This document shows positions 39,168 through 48,467 of a stretch of DNA of 64,000 bases, one piece after another. The notes beneath the pieces were generated by a model, which had not been told where the DNA came from, searched no databases, and saw nothing but the letters and a program-made list of their open reading frames with translations. Each line of letters begins with the position of its first letter. Within the stretch, counting starts at the first letter, position 1. This stretch comes from Methylococcales bacterium (lineage in GTDB: Bacteria; Pseudomonadota; Gammaproteobacteria; Methylococcales; DRLZ01), in contig CBDCZN010000002.1 in the NCBI GenBank assembly GCA_965224565.1, positions 1,636,309 through 1,700,308 on the forward strand. Reading direction: 5' to 3'. The position numbers and the translations under genes are program-made.

Positions 39168-40148
39168 TCAGAATGATATCGAATAGTTAGCATAGGCAAG
39201 GGGGAGGATGTATGTATCGCCAACGAACCCGTTTTTATAGCGGCTAAGGCTGAAACCAAACAATAATTTCTGGTTATCAGTCAGAGCCCATTGAGTTGTT
39301 AGTGAAACGCTACCTTTCTGTGTGTTGGACAGATTAAAAACATCAGCAGTATCGCCATCAACCGCAAAGACACGTTCACCTGCCAGTAACCCTATTTTTA
39401 TATTTTCCAGTGCCCCCAGTGGCATGTCATGTCCAAAGTAATGTGTCCATTTGGCTTCAACTGCAATGGTTTCGGATTTTCCCTGGGAACGTAAAGAATC
39501 GGTGGAGTGGATCAAATAACTGCGTAATTGAATCCAGTCATATTTCTGATTAAAGGCGAAACCAACAGTGGGTGTGAATTGGTTGATATCCAGATGATGT
39601 CGATAAATTGAGTGAGCATACCCCAGATCAAAATAGAGCGATTGATTCTGGTTTATCCACGAAACCTGAGGGGCGATGACAACGACATCATCAGTAAAGT
39701 CACCCGGATCGTTATTATCGACTCTGTAAATATCCAGGCGTGTCGAGAGTTTTCCCGTTAATAGCGCTGGTTGAAAATGCAATCTGCCACTGACAAACCA
39801 GTCATCTTGATCAATATCGCCAATTCCTGCTTTAAAGTTAATTCGGGTGCGATTATATCCGAGAGTGACACCGCCTGCTGGGTGATCAGCACGAACAAAT
39901 AGACCCGCACCTGCAATAGCGTTGCGAAATCGTGAATTGCTATAGACACCGCCTTCTCCCGGTATATCCAAACGATAGTTCCAGCTACTTTCCCCAAAAG
40001 CAACTGATGTGAAAAAAATATAACTTAGCACGAGACCGTTAAGGATACCTCTGTTAATTCTGGATAAGACAGGTTTTGGGTTCAAGATGCGCGTACATGA
40101 ATAAATAGAGGTGCCCTTAACGCAGCGATTCTCCATTATTTTTCTCAA
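39168..40148 (-). CDS. outer-membrane beta-barrel protein (family not recognised)
   Basis: 326 aa. Hydrophobic N-terminal segment (LVLSYIFFTSVAFG), alternating amphipathic strands and terminal ...YANYSISF (aromatic C-terminus). The start overlaps the upstream stop (ATGA at 40145..40148). Confidence 0.6.
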   Translation of the reverse strand: MRKIMENRCVKGTSIYSCTRILNPKPVLSRINRGILNGLVLSYIFFTSVAFGESSWNYRLDIPGEGGVYSNSRFRNAIAGAGLFVRADHPAGGVTLGYNRTRINFKAGIGDIDQDDWFVSGRLHFQPALLTGKLSTRLDIYRVDNNDPGDFTDDVVVIAPQVSWINQNQSLYFDLGYAHSIYRHHLDINQFTPTVGFAFNQKYDWIQLRSYLIHSTDSLRSQGKSETIAVEAKWTHYFGHDMPLGALENIKIGLLAGERVFAVDGDTADVFNLSNTQKGSVSLTTQWALTDNQKLLFGFSLSRYKNGFVGDTYILPLAYANYSISF

Positions 40149-42349
40149 ACAGTTTGAATGTTGGTGATGTGTTGCGGTATTCCGATATCATGTTCCAGGC
40201 CGGTTCCACAGAGTTCAGCTTCAAGATTTATATTGTCTCCTTTCAGAGCTAACCGAATACATCCTTTTTCCGGAGTAAGTGTTGCTTGTGTGTTGATAGT
40301 CCTGCGGCGAATAACAGCACCGTTTAATAGATGTTCAGCGGCTTGAATCCAGGCATTTTGCTTTTCATCCCAGTGACGTTCGTAGCGGGAATCCAGGCCT
40401 CCACTTGACCAGTGAAAGAGTTCTTCCAGATAGTGCTTGATTGGAGACAAAGGAAACAATCGCCTCGAAGGTTGATCCCGCCATGACAATATCTCTTCCC
40501 CAAAAGGCGTTACTCCTAGACAAAGGACAAACAGGTCAAGGAATAAATCATAGCTACCTCGACGGTCATAAAAAGCAAGCATATGATTACTCTCGCTGAA
40601 AGAAATCTCACTGCCAGAGCAAACTTTTAGACGAAATTGTCCCTCCAATGTCAATACAACGGTAATAATTCTGGATTCCCATTCCTCGTTATTTTTACGG
40701 AACCGATAGTATAGTTTTCTTCCAACAGGCAAGTGTAATGCAGCTTTCAGATAAGGGTTGATTGTTGGGGAGCTAACTCTTTGGTTTTCTAACGGACGGG
40801 TATAAAACTGAAAAGTTCGCTTAGATGATTCATCAACAGTTGTCACTTGGGTGAGATGAAATGGTACTGTCGGGCTATCCAGGCTAGCATCTTTCTGGAT
40901 GTGAAGATGGATATGGGGTTGAGGAGAACGTCCCGAATTTCCACAACGTGCAATGCTTTGTCCGGGTTCTATGATTTGCCCTTCAATGATTTCCAGTGAG
41001 TATTGTTGCAGATGGCAAATCAATACATGACAGTGATTGTAGAGACGGATTAGAATCAGATTCCCCCAGTTTTGTTGGGTATTGACCTCGCCTGGTAGGT
41101 TATCGGGCTGATGGTTAATACAGCGTACCACTGTGCCATAGACAGGCGAGACGATCGGTACACCAAAGCAGTAATAGTCTTGCGGTTGTGTTCCTGAATT
41201 TCGATAACTTTGTCCATCGATCATGATGATGAAATCGAGGGCATGTTGCCACGGAGGGCGGTGTGTATGTCGACCATTAAATCCCTGGGATATCATCCAT
41301 TCTCCCAGGAAAGGTGCATAAACTGGGATACTGTCTGGTTGTCCGCCTCGTGCCCGAATCAATCGGGCGCGTTCAAGAGACACTTCGGGTAAATCAGGCC
41401 GATCCAGTAATAAATACGGAGGCGCGCTAGTAATGCGTTTACTTAATGCTGTTAGAACAGTGAGCGTGGTTAATAAGTATGGTATGGCCATGACAGGCAA
41501 ACCATACATCAGCAAATAGGTTTGTGTTGCCGTAGTGATGACTGCCGCAAGTGCCGCTCCTAGCATAGCGATTAAAAAACTGGTCCATCCCGGCACCATA
41601 AAGACACCGCCGAGCGCCATTGCTGTTAATGTGAAATTAAACCCGGTCCAGTCCGTCACTGCTGAATAAGATAATCCTGATAAGTAGTGATAAAGAGTAT
41701 GTCCAACGAAATAGCCGCTAACCGCAAGCAATGCCAAGTAGTGAGACATCATTAGTATACTGATAAATATTAGCAGGGCAGGGATGGGGTGAGGTATAAA
41801 AAATGTGGATCCGAGGGAAGTCAGAAAATGATCCGCCTGTTCGAAAAGGAAAGGTTCAATTGGGGCTAACGGAGTCAGATATCGACTGAGCGAACCAAAT
41901 CCGTGAGCAGCAAACGTCACGGTGAAAGCAACGAGAACAAAGGGTAAGCTAAGTGCGGGCAGTCGTTCGAATCGCCAGAGTGCATCGGCAATGGCAACAG
42001 TTACACAGACTGTTAGGATTGCTGCTAAAACAATCAGAATAATCAAATGCCCATCTAATTTATAGGTAGCACCTAGCGTTAGCCCGACGAGCAAACTGTT
42101 ATATGCATACAAACCGCTGTGAGTATTGGAAAATTGTATCACTCTGGCGGTAATGGTGCCGGTTATTGCTGCCAGTAACCCTGCGATACCAGTGTTGGGG
42201 AACCACAGTGTTGCCAGTAAAAAAACTGCACCTACACGTGCATCAGTAATAAACAGGATTGCTGCGTAACTGCGTAACAAACCCTGGATACTAGGGAGGA
42301 TCCATTCCCAATCAGAGAGTCGACACCAATATGTCGGAAATCTAACCAA
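40145..42349 (-). CDS. fusion protein: urea-transporter-like membrane domain + M23 (LytM-type) metallopeptidase + unknown C-terminal domain
   Basis: 734 aa. The N-terminal ~330 aa are polytopic, with a UT-family-like start (LRSYAAILFITDARVGAVFLLATLWFPNTGIAGLLAAITGTITARVI...GLYAYNSLLVGLTLG). The M23 core is QHALDF..., GVPIVSPVYGTVV, and HLQQYSLEIIEGQIIEPGQSIARCGNSGRSPQPHIHLHIQ. The last ~240 aa are unassigned. Confidence 0.72.
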   Translation of the reverse strand: MVRFPTYWCRLSDWEWILPSIQGLLRSYAAILFITDARVGAVFLLATLWFPNTGIAGLLAAITGTITARVIQFSNTHSGLYAYNSLLVGLTLGATYKLDGHLIILIVLAAILTVCVTVAIADALWRFERLPALSLPFVLVAFTVTFAAHGFGSLSRYLTPLAPIEPFLFEQADHFLTSLGSTFFIPHPIPALLIFISILMMSHYLALLAVSGYFVGHTLYHYLSGLSYSAVTDWTGFNFTLTAMALGGVFMVPGWTSFLIAMLGAALAAVITTATQTYLLMYGLPVMAIPYLLTTLTVLTALSKRITSAPPYLLLDRPDLPEVSLERARLIRARGGQPDSIPVYAPFLGEWMISQGFNGRHTHRPPWQHALDFIIMIDGQSYRNSGTQPQDYYCFGVPIVSPVYGTVVRCINHQPDNLPGEVNTQQNWGNLILIRLYNHCHVLICHLQQYSLEIIEGQIIEPGQSIARCGNSGRSPQPHIHLHIQKDASLDSPTVPFHLTQVTTVDESSKRTFQFYTRPLENQRVSSPTINPYLKAALHLPVGRKLYYRFRKNNEEWESRIITVVLTLEGQFRLKVCSGSEISFSESNHMLAFYDRRGSYDLFLDLFVLCLGVTPFGEEILSWRDQPSRRLFPLSPIKHYLEELFHWSSGGLDSRYERHWDEKQNAWIQAAEHLLNGAVIRRRTINTQATLTPEKGCIRLALKGDNINLEAELCGTGLEHDIGIPQHITNIQTV

Positions 42350-43721
42350 GTTTAAAATCTCCGTTTAGATGTTCGGGTAACAATTCAAGCTGATTGATGA
42401 AAGATAGATCTTCTGCCTGACGAATGATAGATACTTGACCATCTTCATGCGCCATAACGATATTGGGACGATATTCGATAAACTGTAACCATTGAGTATT
42501 GTTATAAGCACCTACAGGACTAATGACTAGTTGGTCACCAACTTGCAATGGTGGGATCATAATACTTTGGCGTACCACGTCAATGTTCATGCAGAGCGGC
42601 CCGTACATAACTGTATCTTCGGCAATACCCTCCAGGGGGCGGGTGGGTTGGACGCGGTGATGATACCAAAATGCAGTAAATAGCAAATTCACCCCAGCAT
42701 CCAGTACCACCGCAGGCTTACCGTTGGATAGTCGGCTGGTGGAAACGACTGAAGAAATTAACACTTCTGCGTCATCAATGACGAAACGCCCACTTTCCAG
42801 TATTAGTGTTGGAAGCGGCTTGTTTTGTGCGCTGCGTTTTGCTGTTGCTCTTGTCAGGGTTGTACAGATAGCATCAGCATATTGCTCAATAGTCGGTGTG
42901 ACTTGTTCTGCAGGCATGTACATCCCCTGAAGGTCGATACGAGAAGCAAAGCCACCTCCAATGTCCAGGCTATCTATAATGCAGTCAGTTTCCTGTTCTG
43001 CAGTCTCCATGAACTGACACATAATCACTATTTGGGCTGAATAGGCGCGGGGATCCAGGATAAACGTGCCAATATGACTGTGCAGTCCGCATAATTTCAG
43101 CCATTGGCTATTGCCAATTTGTCGTGCAGCATCGATTGCTTGACCTGACTCAACATTAAAACCAAATCGACTCCAGGGTTCGGTGTATCCGGTATCGAAA
43201 TTGAGTCTGATTGTTACAGGAATTGACTTTTTCGCTGCGCGCGCAACTTCTTCAAGTAAATAGAGTTCGTCCATGTTATCAATATGGATGCGTGCTCCCT
43301 CTTTTACGCAGAGCTCCAGAGTCTCTTTGTTTTTATGTGGGCCGTTGAAAAGTATCCGGTTGCCCGGTACGCCCAGAGCTCTTGCCTTCTCATATTCAAA
43401 TAAAGAAACGACTTCTGCCCACGCGCCTTCCTGGTGAAGAATGGCGCAAACAGCATTCAAGTAGTTGGTTTTATAAGACCAGCCAAGGAGCACGGGTTGA
43501 TAGCGGGTCTCGAAGGTCTGTTTCAGGAGACGAATGTTGGAACGTAAGCGTTTTTCGGAAAGTACGAACAGAGGAGAGCCGTATCGGCTTATTAGATCCT
43601 TAATGGGAACATCTTCAATTTCTTCGATATACTCTTTCGCTGGTATTCTTCCAAATTTATTGAGCGTACCCTCGCTATGTGGAGTGATCGTTGGTTTGAT
43701 CCAGGGTTTTCGAACAGACAT
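42342..43721 (-). CDS. PLP-dependent decarboxylase, Orn/DAP/Arg decarboxylase family 2 (alanine-racemase fold)
   Basis: ORF 42342..43763. The ATG at 43721 lies 2 nt after the ATP-grasp TAA, with GAGGAAG upstream. Motifs: WSYKTNY (PLP Lys), HSHIGT, LDIGGGF, ESGRF, GPLCMNIDV and VGAYN. Confidence 0.82.
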   Translation of the reverse strand: MSVRKPWIKPTITPHSEGTLNKFGRIPAKEYIEEIEDVPIKDLISRYGSPLFVLSEKRLRSNIRLLKQTFETRYQPVLLGWSYKTNYLNAVCAILHQEGAWAEVVSLFEYEKARALGVPGNRILFNGPHKNKETLELCVKEGARIHIDNMDELYLLEEVARAAKKSIPVTIRLNFDTGYTEPWSRFGFNVESGQAIDAARQIGNSQWLKLCGLHSHIGTFILDPRAYSAQIVIMCQFMETAEQETDCIIDSLDIGGGFASRIDLQGMYMPAEQVTPTIEQYADAICTTLTRATAKRSAQNKPLPTLILESGRFVIDDAEVLISSVVSTSRLSNGKPAVVLDAGVNLLFTAFWYHHRVQPTRPLEGIAEDTVMYGPLCMNIDVVRQSIMIPPLQVGDQLVISPVGAYNNTQWLQFIEYRPNIVMAHEDGQVSIIRQAEDLSFINQLELLPEHLNGDFKLG

Positions 43722-43723
43722 GT

Positions 43724-44800
43724 TTATTCTTCCTCTGTAATTGTTCCGTTGCGTTGTCCCCAAATTGCCATATTTTCGAATTCCGAGAGATCAATAACCC
43801 TCTCCTGGGCATAGCGGATATAAAGTTTTCCGAGGTCTGGAACAGGGCGTAGAATGGTTTCTTTCTGGATCATCTTGACTAATGCCCAGGGTAGATTACA
43901 GCCAGCTGCGGCTGAGAGATATATCCAGGCGGGAAATCGAGGATTGATTTCAATGAGGTGATAATCACCTTGGGGAGTCTTCAATATTTCAACTTCGAGC
44001 GGACCCGGCCACTTCAATACTCGAACCAGTTTTTTCGCCGTATTCAACAGCTCTTCATCATGGATTGTGATGCCAGCCCAGGCTTTACCCTTCTCGGTAA
44101 CAGCACGTTTTCGCATCATTACTGCATTGTTGATATTGCCTTTCCCATCTCCCAGGGCGGCTAGATTCAATTCTTCCCCAGATACGAATCGTTGGACTAA
44201 TATAGGCAATCCCCACTCGGCAGAAATTTTGCGGAATAATGTCACTCCCTCCTCGGCATTGTTGGCGATACCTGCATCGTAGAATGTGCCTTTGATTACC
44301 AATGGGTATTGCCAACCTTCTCGATGGCAGGTATAGAAAAAGTCTGCATGAGATATTTGAGTGAGTTGTGGTGATTTAACATTCGCCTGACTAGCGAGTT
44401 CAGCAAGACGATCTTTACCACGTATCTTCAATTGCTTTGCATTAGGCAGCAGTAGTCGAATACCCATTTCTTCGAGCTGATTCTGGATTCGAATGACGTT
44501 GGATAATTCCGCATCCAGACAAGGAATTAGAATGTCAAAAGGGTCACTTTTATAGATTTTTAGGAGGCGTTCCAGCAATGCCTGATCACCACTGGAGGGG
44601 TAAGGCAATAGATATGCGGAATCAATGGTCTCATTCAGGTATAACCCCGAATCCATAACATCATAACTTAATCCGATTATTTTGCCTTTAAATTCAGCTG
44701 ATTCCCGAATACAACGTGCAACAGACAAACCGGAACTTGGGTTGTCTGGTTTGGCGCTTAGTCCGGTAATGGCAATGCGTATGCAGGATGTTTGAGTCAC
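43724..44800 (-). CDS. ATP-grasp family ligase
   Basis: 358 aa. Pre-ATP-grasp domain, then KDRLAELASQANVKSP, YPLVIKG, ILVQRFVSGEELNLAALGD and LIEINPRFPAW (Mg/ATP-binding E-x-N). Confidence 0.8.
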   Translation of the reverse strand: MTQTSCIRIAITGLSAKPDNPSSGLSVARCIRESAEFKGKIIGLSYDVMDSGLYLNETIDSAYLLPYPSSGDQALLERLLKIYKSDPFDILIPCLDAELSNVIRIQNQLEEMGIRLLLPNAKQLKIRGKDRLAELASQANVKSPQLTQISHADFFYTCHREGWQYPLVIKGTFYDAGIANNAEEGVTLFRKISAEWGLPILVQRFVSGEELNLAALGDGKGNINNAVMMRKRAVTEKGKAWAGITIHDEELLNTAKKLVRVLKWPGPLEVEILKTPQGDYHLIEINPRFPAWIYLSAAAGCNLPWALVKMIQKETILRPVPDLGKLYIRYAQERVIDLSEFENMAIWGQRNGTITEEE

Positions 44801-44808
44801 TGTAGTAT

Positions 44809-45075
44809 TTAATTAATGTGACGTCTGATCTGTTCCAGAAATTCTATAACGTGGCGTTCAATGGTCTTTTCTCCTCCATCAAACTCCCGTGCAATCCTGG
44901 CTTTTAAGTCATCGAGATTGCTATCTTGCTGTAACTGCTTTATCAACCAGAAACCTGTTTCGTTAACCGTATAACTTTTACCGGATACAGGGTCGAAAAC
45001 AAAACCACTGTCACTCAATGCCAGTCGTTTAAAGGTATCTTTATTTAGAGTAGAATCTGTAGATAGTTGTCCCAT
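44809..45075 (-). CDS. PqqD-family (RiPP-recognition-element-like) small protein
   Basis: 88 aa. GFVFDPVSGKSYTVNETGFWLIKQLQQDSNLDDLKARIAREF....IERHVIEFLEQI follows the PqqD beta3-alpha3 pattern. AAGGGA RBS. It is the first gene of the operon. Confidence 0.72.
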   Translation of the reverse strand: MGQLSTDSTLNKDTFKRLALSDSGFVFDPVSGKSYTVNETGFWLIKQLQQDSNLDDLKARIAREFDGGEKTIERHVIEFLEQIRRHIN

Positions 45076-45529
45076 GGTTATCCCTTATAATTGTTGACTT
45101 TTTCGAAGGTGCCGATGATGCATTCGTGAGTAATGAACAATAAGCTATTCAATCGCAAGCGAATAGGTTTTTAAAAAGCAGTATTTGCGGTCTTCAGGTC
45201 GCTTCTGATATGTCTGACCTTGATTTTCACGACTTTCCTATCATGCCTTTGTTACCGTATTTTCTTGATAGTATTTGCAATAGAAGGCTCTTGATATTCA
45301 CTATCACTTTAAGATTTGTGTGTATAAGTGACGGACGAGATGGCAAAACGAGTTTTGACTCCAATATCGCCCCTGTAAATAATTCACACGTGAATTATCA
45401 AATTAAGTTGTTAACTTATTTGGAGGGTAGTAATTAATATGGGTGATCTATAGTTATGAATGCATTTTACAGGGAGTGATTATTGATGTTTTGTGCATTC
45501 AACAACTACTTGCCGTCATCTCCCCATAA

Positions 45530-45694
45530 TATACTCTTCGCACATGAAAATATAGCATCCTGTGCACGCACTTTCTTGCGGATAACTGCGTTGAAAAACC
45601 TTGCTGTAGAGTGACTACAGCTAAGATTTTTCGCCTTGCTCTCCACAAAATATCACGCACACAAAATGCTAGATTTTCATGTGCGAAGAGTATA
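45530..45694. mobile_element. 165-bp MITE, copy 1
   Basis: Terminal inverted repeats TATACTCTTCGCACATGAAAATATAGCAT / ATGCTAGATTTTCATGTGCGAAGAGTATA (29 bp, 1 mismatch). Internal hairpin GCTGTAGAGTGACTACAGC. No ORF. It differs from 50029..50193 at 5 positions, counted by eye. Confidence 0.85.
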
Positions 45695-46710
45695 GCGTTG
45701 TGTTAGTACTTCGAATGATTACATATTCACATTCTTCGTTAATCTAAGATATTGTTTGTTTCTATACAATCCAATTCTAAGTAAATTTGGTTAAAACTTA
45801 ATTGTAATGATAGTGAATCAATCAGTGAATTTTTTTCGGTAGAGGAATGAGAGACTGACATTATGTGATTTGTATCTTGAAAGTATCCAAAGTAATAAAT
45901 CTTCATTCAACGCAGGCTGTTCTTGTAGGCTAAAATCCCCGATAACTTATTGACTAGTAAACAAGATATTAAATTGAACCAGGATACTATTGTGCTAACT
46001 GAACAACTTACCGATTCCTGTGTAAGGGCGATGCCGCACCCTATGAGCAATATACGAAATCTATTACTGTATTTTTTGGTTTCAGCCAATGGCAATTATA
46101 ATACCAGAATGTCTTTGTACAGATTCTGGTTCTCAATGTGGAGTGCTTTTAGGATTATTCTAATAGCTTGATTGATTTTGCAACGACCCCACATTGGACA
46201 TAAACGACTGTGAAGTGTAGCTTACTCCATCACTGAACTGCATTCAATAGCTAGTAACTAAAAGTTATCAGGAAGCTGGAATTAGATTACGAATCTAGTG
46301 CAAGATTTTTGTCCGACCTTAAGGTAGTAAAATAGGTCTATAGTTGAGCATGCAACTATTTTACTAATGTTGAATAGGAAAAGCCTAAGTTTAGGGAGAG
46401 ATTGATGTGGGTAGCTTTGCAGGGTGTAAAAGTCCACCCATAGATGATTGGAGGTACTCGCTATGAAAATATGCGATTTTAACTTAAGGAACGCGCAAGC
46501 AATAGCCATAAACAACTGACGTGTTTTTTTTGTTCATCTTCTGCTTTGTAGTAACAGTTACATAACCTGCCCATGTGTTTGGTGTTGTACCTTGAAAACG
46601 GAGAGAATTTTACGCCAGTTGCTCAGTTTATTTCTGCACGTTGCTTACCATCAGTCATCGAAATCAAGAACTCTCGATTGTGAGAATGCTGGGGTGACGC
46701 CATAATGCAG

Positions 46711-47400
46711 TTAGGTAATAGTACGCTTCCTGAAGCCGATTAGACCTGCGGCTCCTGTTACAAACAGCCAAATGCCGGCAGGTATAGGGACAGCAGTTAG
46801 AATCGATTCATTGATGGCAATCGTGTCGATGAAATAGTTCCATTCCCCGTTTATCAAGTCTGGGGAAAAAAGCACTGAGGTTATTGGTAGTCCATTTGAA
46901 TCTAGTTTGAATACATCAAATCCACTTGATAAATTCGCAGTCAGGTTATCCAAAGAAGCTGAATCAACTAACTCTCCATTGGAAAAAGCTTCTATTGTAT
47001 AACTGCCGGAGCGATTCAGGCCATTTAGCAAAAGACCTTCGATCGTTGTCGCACCAAAAGAAGGTGCAATATCAATTGATATTGATGCGTTGAGACTTGG
47101 GTCACCAACGACTCCTCCCGATGGATGGTTTGCGGTGGCATAATAATTAGGCGAAGTGGCAAATGGAGTTGTCGGTAAAAATGTAGGTAAACCAAGGACA
47201 ACCCCGCCATTAAATGTCAAGTTGTCATTAATCTCGATTGTTTGTGCAGGGCCGGCTCTGCCGAAAGATTTTGGGGCACTGGAAATAAATGGTGTTGTTT
47301 CAAAATCCACAACTGTGGAAAATGCAATTTCAGAAAATCCTGCCGCACTACAGAAAATAGTTGCAATAATATACATTTTTAACGATTGACGGTGTTTCAT
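46711..47400 (-). CDS. secreted protein with VPLPA/PEP-CTERM-type C-terminal sorting signal
   Basis: ORF 46711..47568. The ATG at 47400 has a GAGGTG RBS and gives the signal peptide MKHRQSLKMYIIATIFCSAAGFSEIAFS. The C-terminus is VPIPAGIWLFVTGAAGLIGFRKRTIT. Confidence 0.7.
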   Translation of the reverse strand: MKHRQSLKMYIIATIFCSAAGFSEIAFSTVVDFETTPFISSAPKSFGRAGPAQTIEINDNLTFNGGVVLGLPTFLPTTPFATSPNYYATANHPSGGVVGDPSLNASISIDIAPSFGATTIEGLLLNGLNRSGSYTIEAFSNGELVDSASLDNLTANLSSGFDVFKLDSNGLPITSVLFSPDLINGEWNYFIDTIAINESILTAVPIPAGIWLFVTGAAGLIGFRKRTIT

Positions 47401-48467
47401 TTTTATCACCTCAAGAAGATTTTTGGTTGTTGTTGTAAATATCTCACGAAAGACTGCTACTACAGGTAGTCCGAGAATAGAGTGCCTGCAGTAGAAAGTT
47501 GTATTTATCATGTGCTTTTTACTGTTTGCATGATGTTTCCGAATCAATTTATATTTCAAATAACACATGCATAACTAGGATCGGTTGCTTTAGTTAGTGG
47601 GTTTTTATTAAGTCATTCAGGAACTGAAAAATACCTAATCACAAAAAAGTAATGCGATGTGATCCATAGTCTGATCCAAAAATACCTTTTGATGATTCAA
47701 GCCAGTATGGATACATGGCTCTTGACTTTGTACCTGTTTATTCACGAAAAATCCCTTTTAAATTTTAACCTGCTGATATCAGTCGCGGCATATTTTGCGG
47801 TCAATATTGATGAATAATTCCCTAAGTCTAACTAGGTGCTGTTTACATAGATTTGACCGAGTGTTAATCCAAATAGACCAAACAGGTTTAGTAATATGCC
47901 AAAATATCATTTAGAATAACTATATAAAAGATGGTATTGTAACAGAAACTTAAAGTAAAGTATGAATAATGCCGTTTGGGATTAGGGTCATCGCATTAAA
48001 ATTCACCAAAGAATCAACGAGTTGAAGTTTCGACGCTGATCAGAATTTCTGAGCCATTTGCGTAATAGACATCAGATACTGTTAAAAGTGCAAAGTTGTT
48101 GATGCTGAATTGAATTTTTTGTAAAGACCAGAGATCCAACTGACAAGTGAACTTTCTGAATGATTTAGTTTTCTTACAATAGATGTTTAACTAATTCATA
48201 TGTAACTGTTTAGTTCGGATTGAAATGCATGGAGGGTCAAAAGAATCAATTTGTTCAAACACCAGTGTTGATGCTGCAGAAGTAAAAAGCACATTGATCT
48301 TGGCTCAAAAAAACAACAGCTGAATCTGGATTACTGTGGCCGATATATGAAACGTTTTTGACACTGTAACATTCGGATTGCAGATGCCTGATAAATCAAA
48401 ACCGGTACCCTGACATGAATAGATAGGATTAACTGTTACTTGGGTGCGACACTATGGGAATATTACA

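Noticed and set aside
40145-42349. Idea that the polytopic N-terminal domain is the missing exosortase for the VPLPA/PEP-CTERM-like tails
   Set aside because: The helix pattern and first-helix motif look urea-transporter-like. I could not find the conserved Cys/Arg/His arrangement expected for exosortases. This needs an HMM check but is not supported by eye.
45076-45530. Search for a RiPP precursor peptide upstream of the PqqD-like gene
   Set aside because: Only 12-24-codon minus-strand ORFs are present (for example MHHRHLRKSQQL and MHKTSIITPCKMHS), without an RBS or a core/leader-like pattern. None is convincing.
45210-46515. Short ORFs 45210..45437, 45907..46095, 45950..46171 and 46282..46515
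   Set aside because: They lie in AT-rich spacer, overlap each other on opposite strands, and have no RBS and no recognisable domains.
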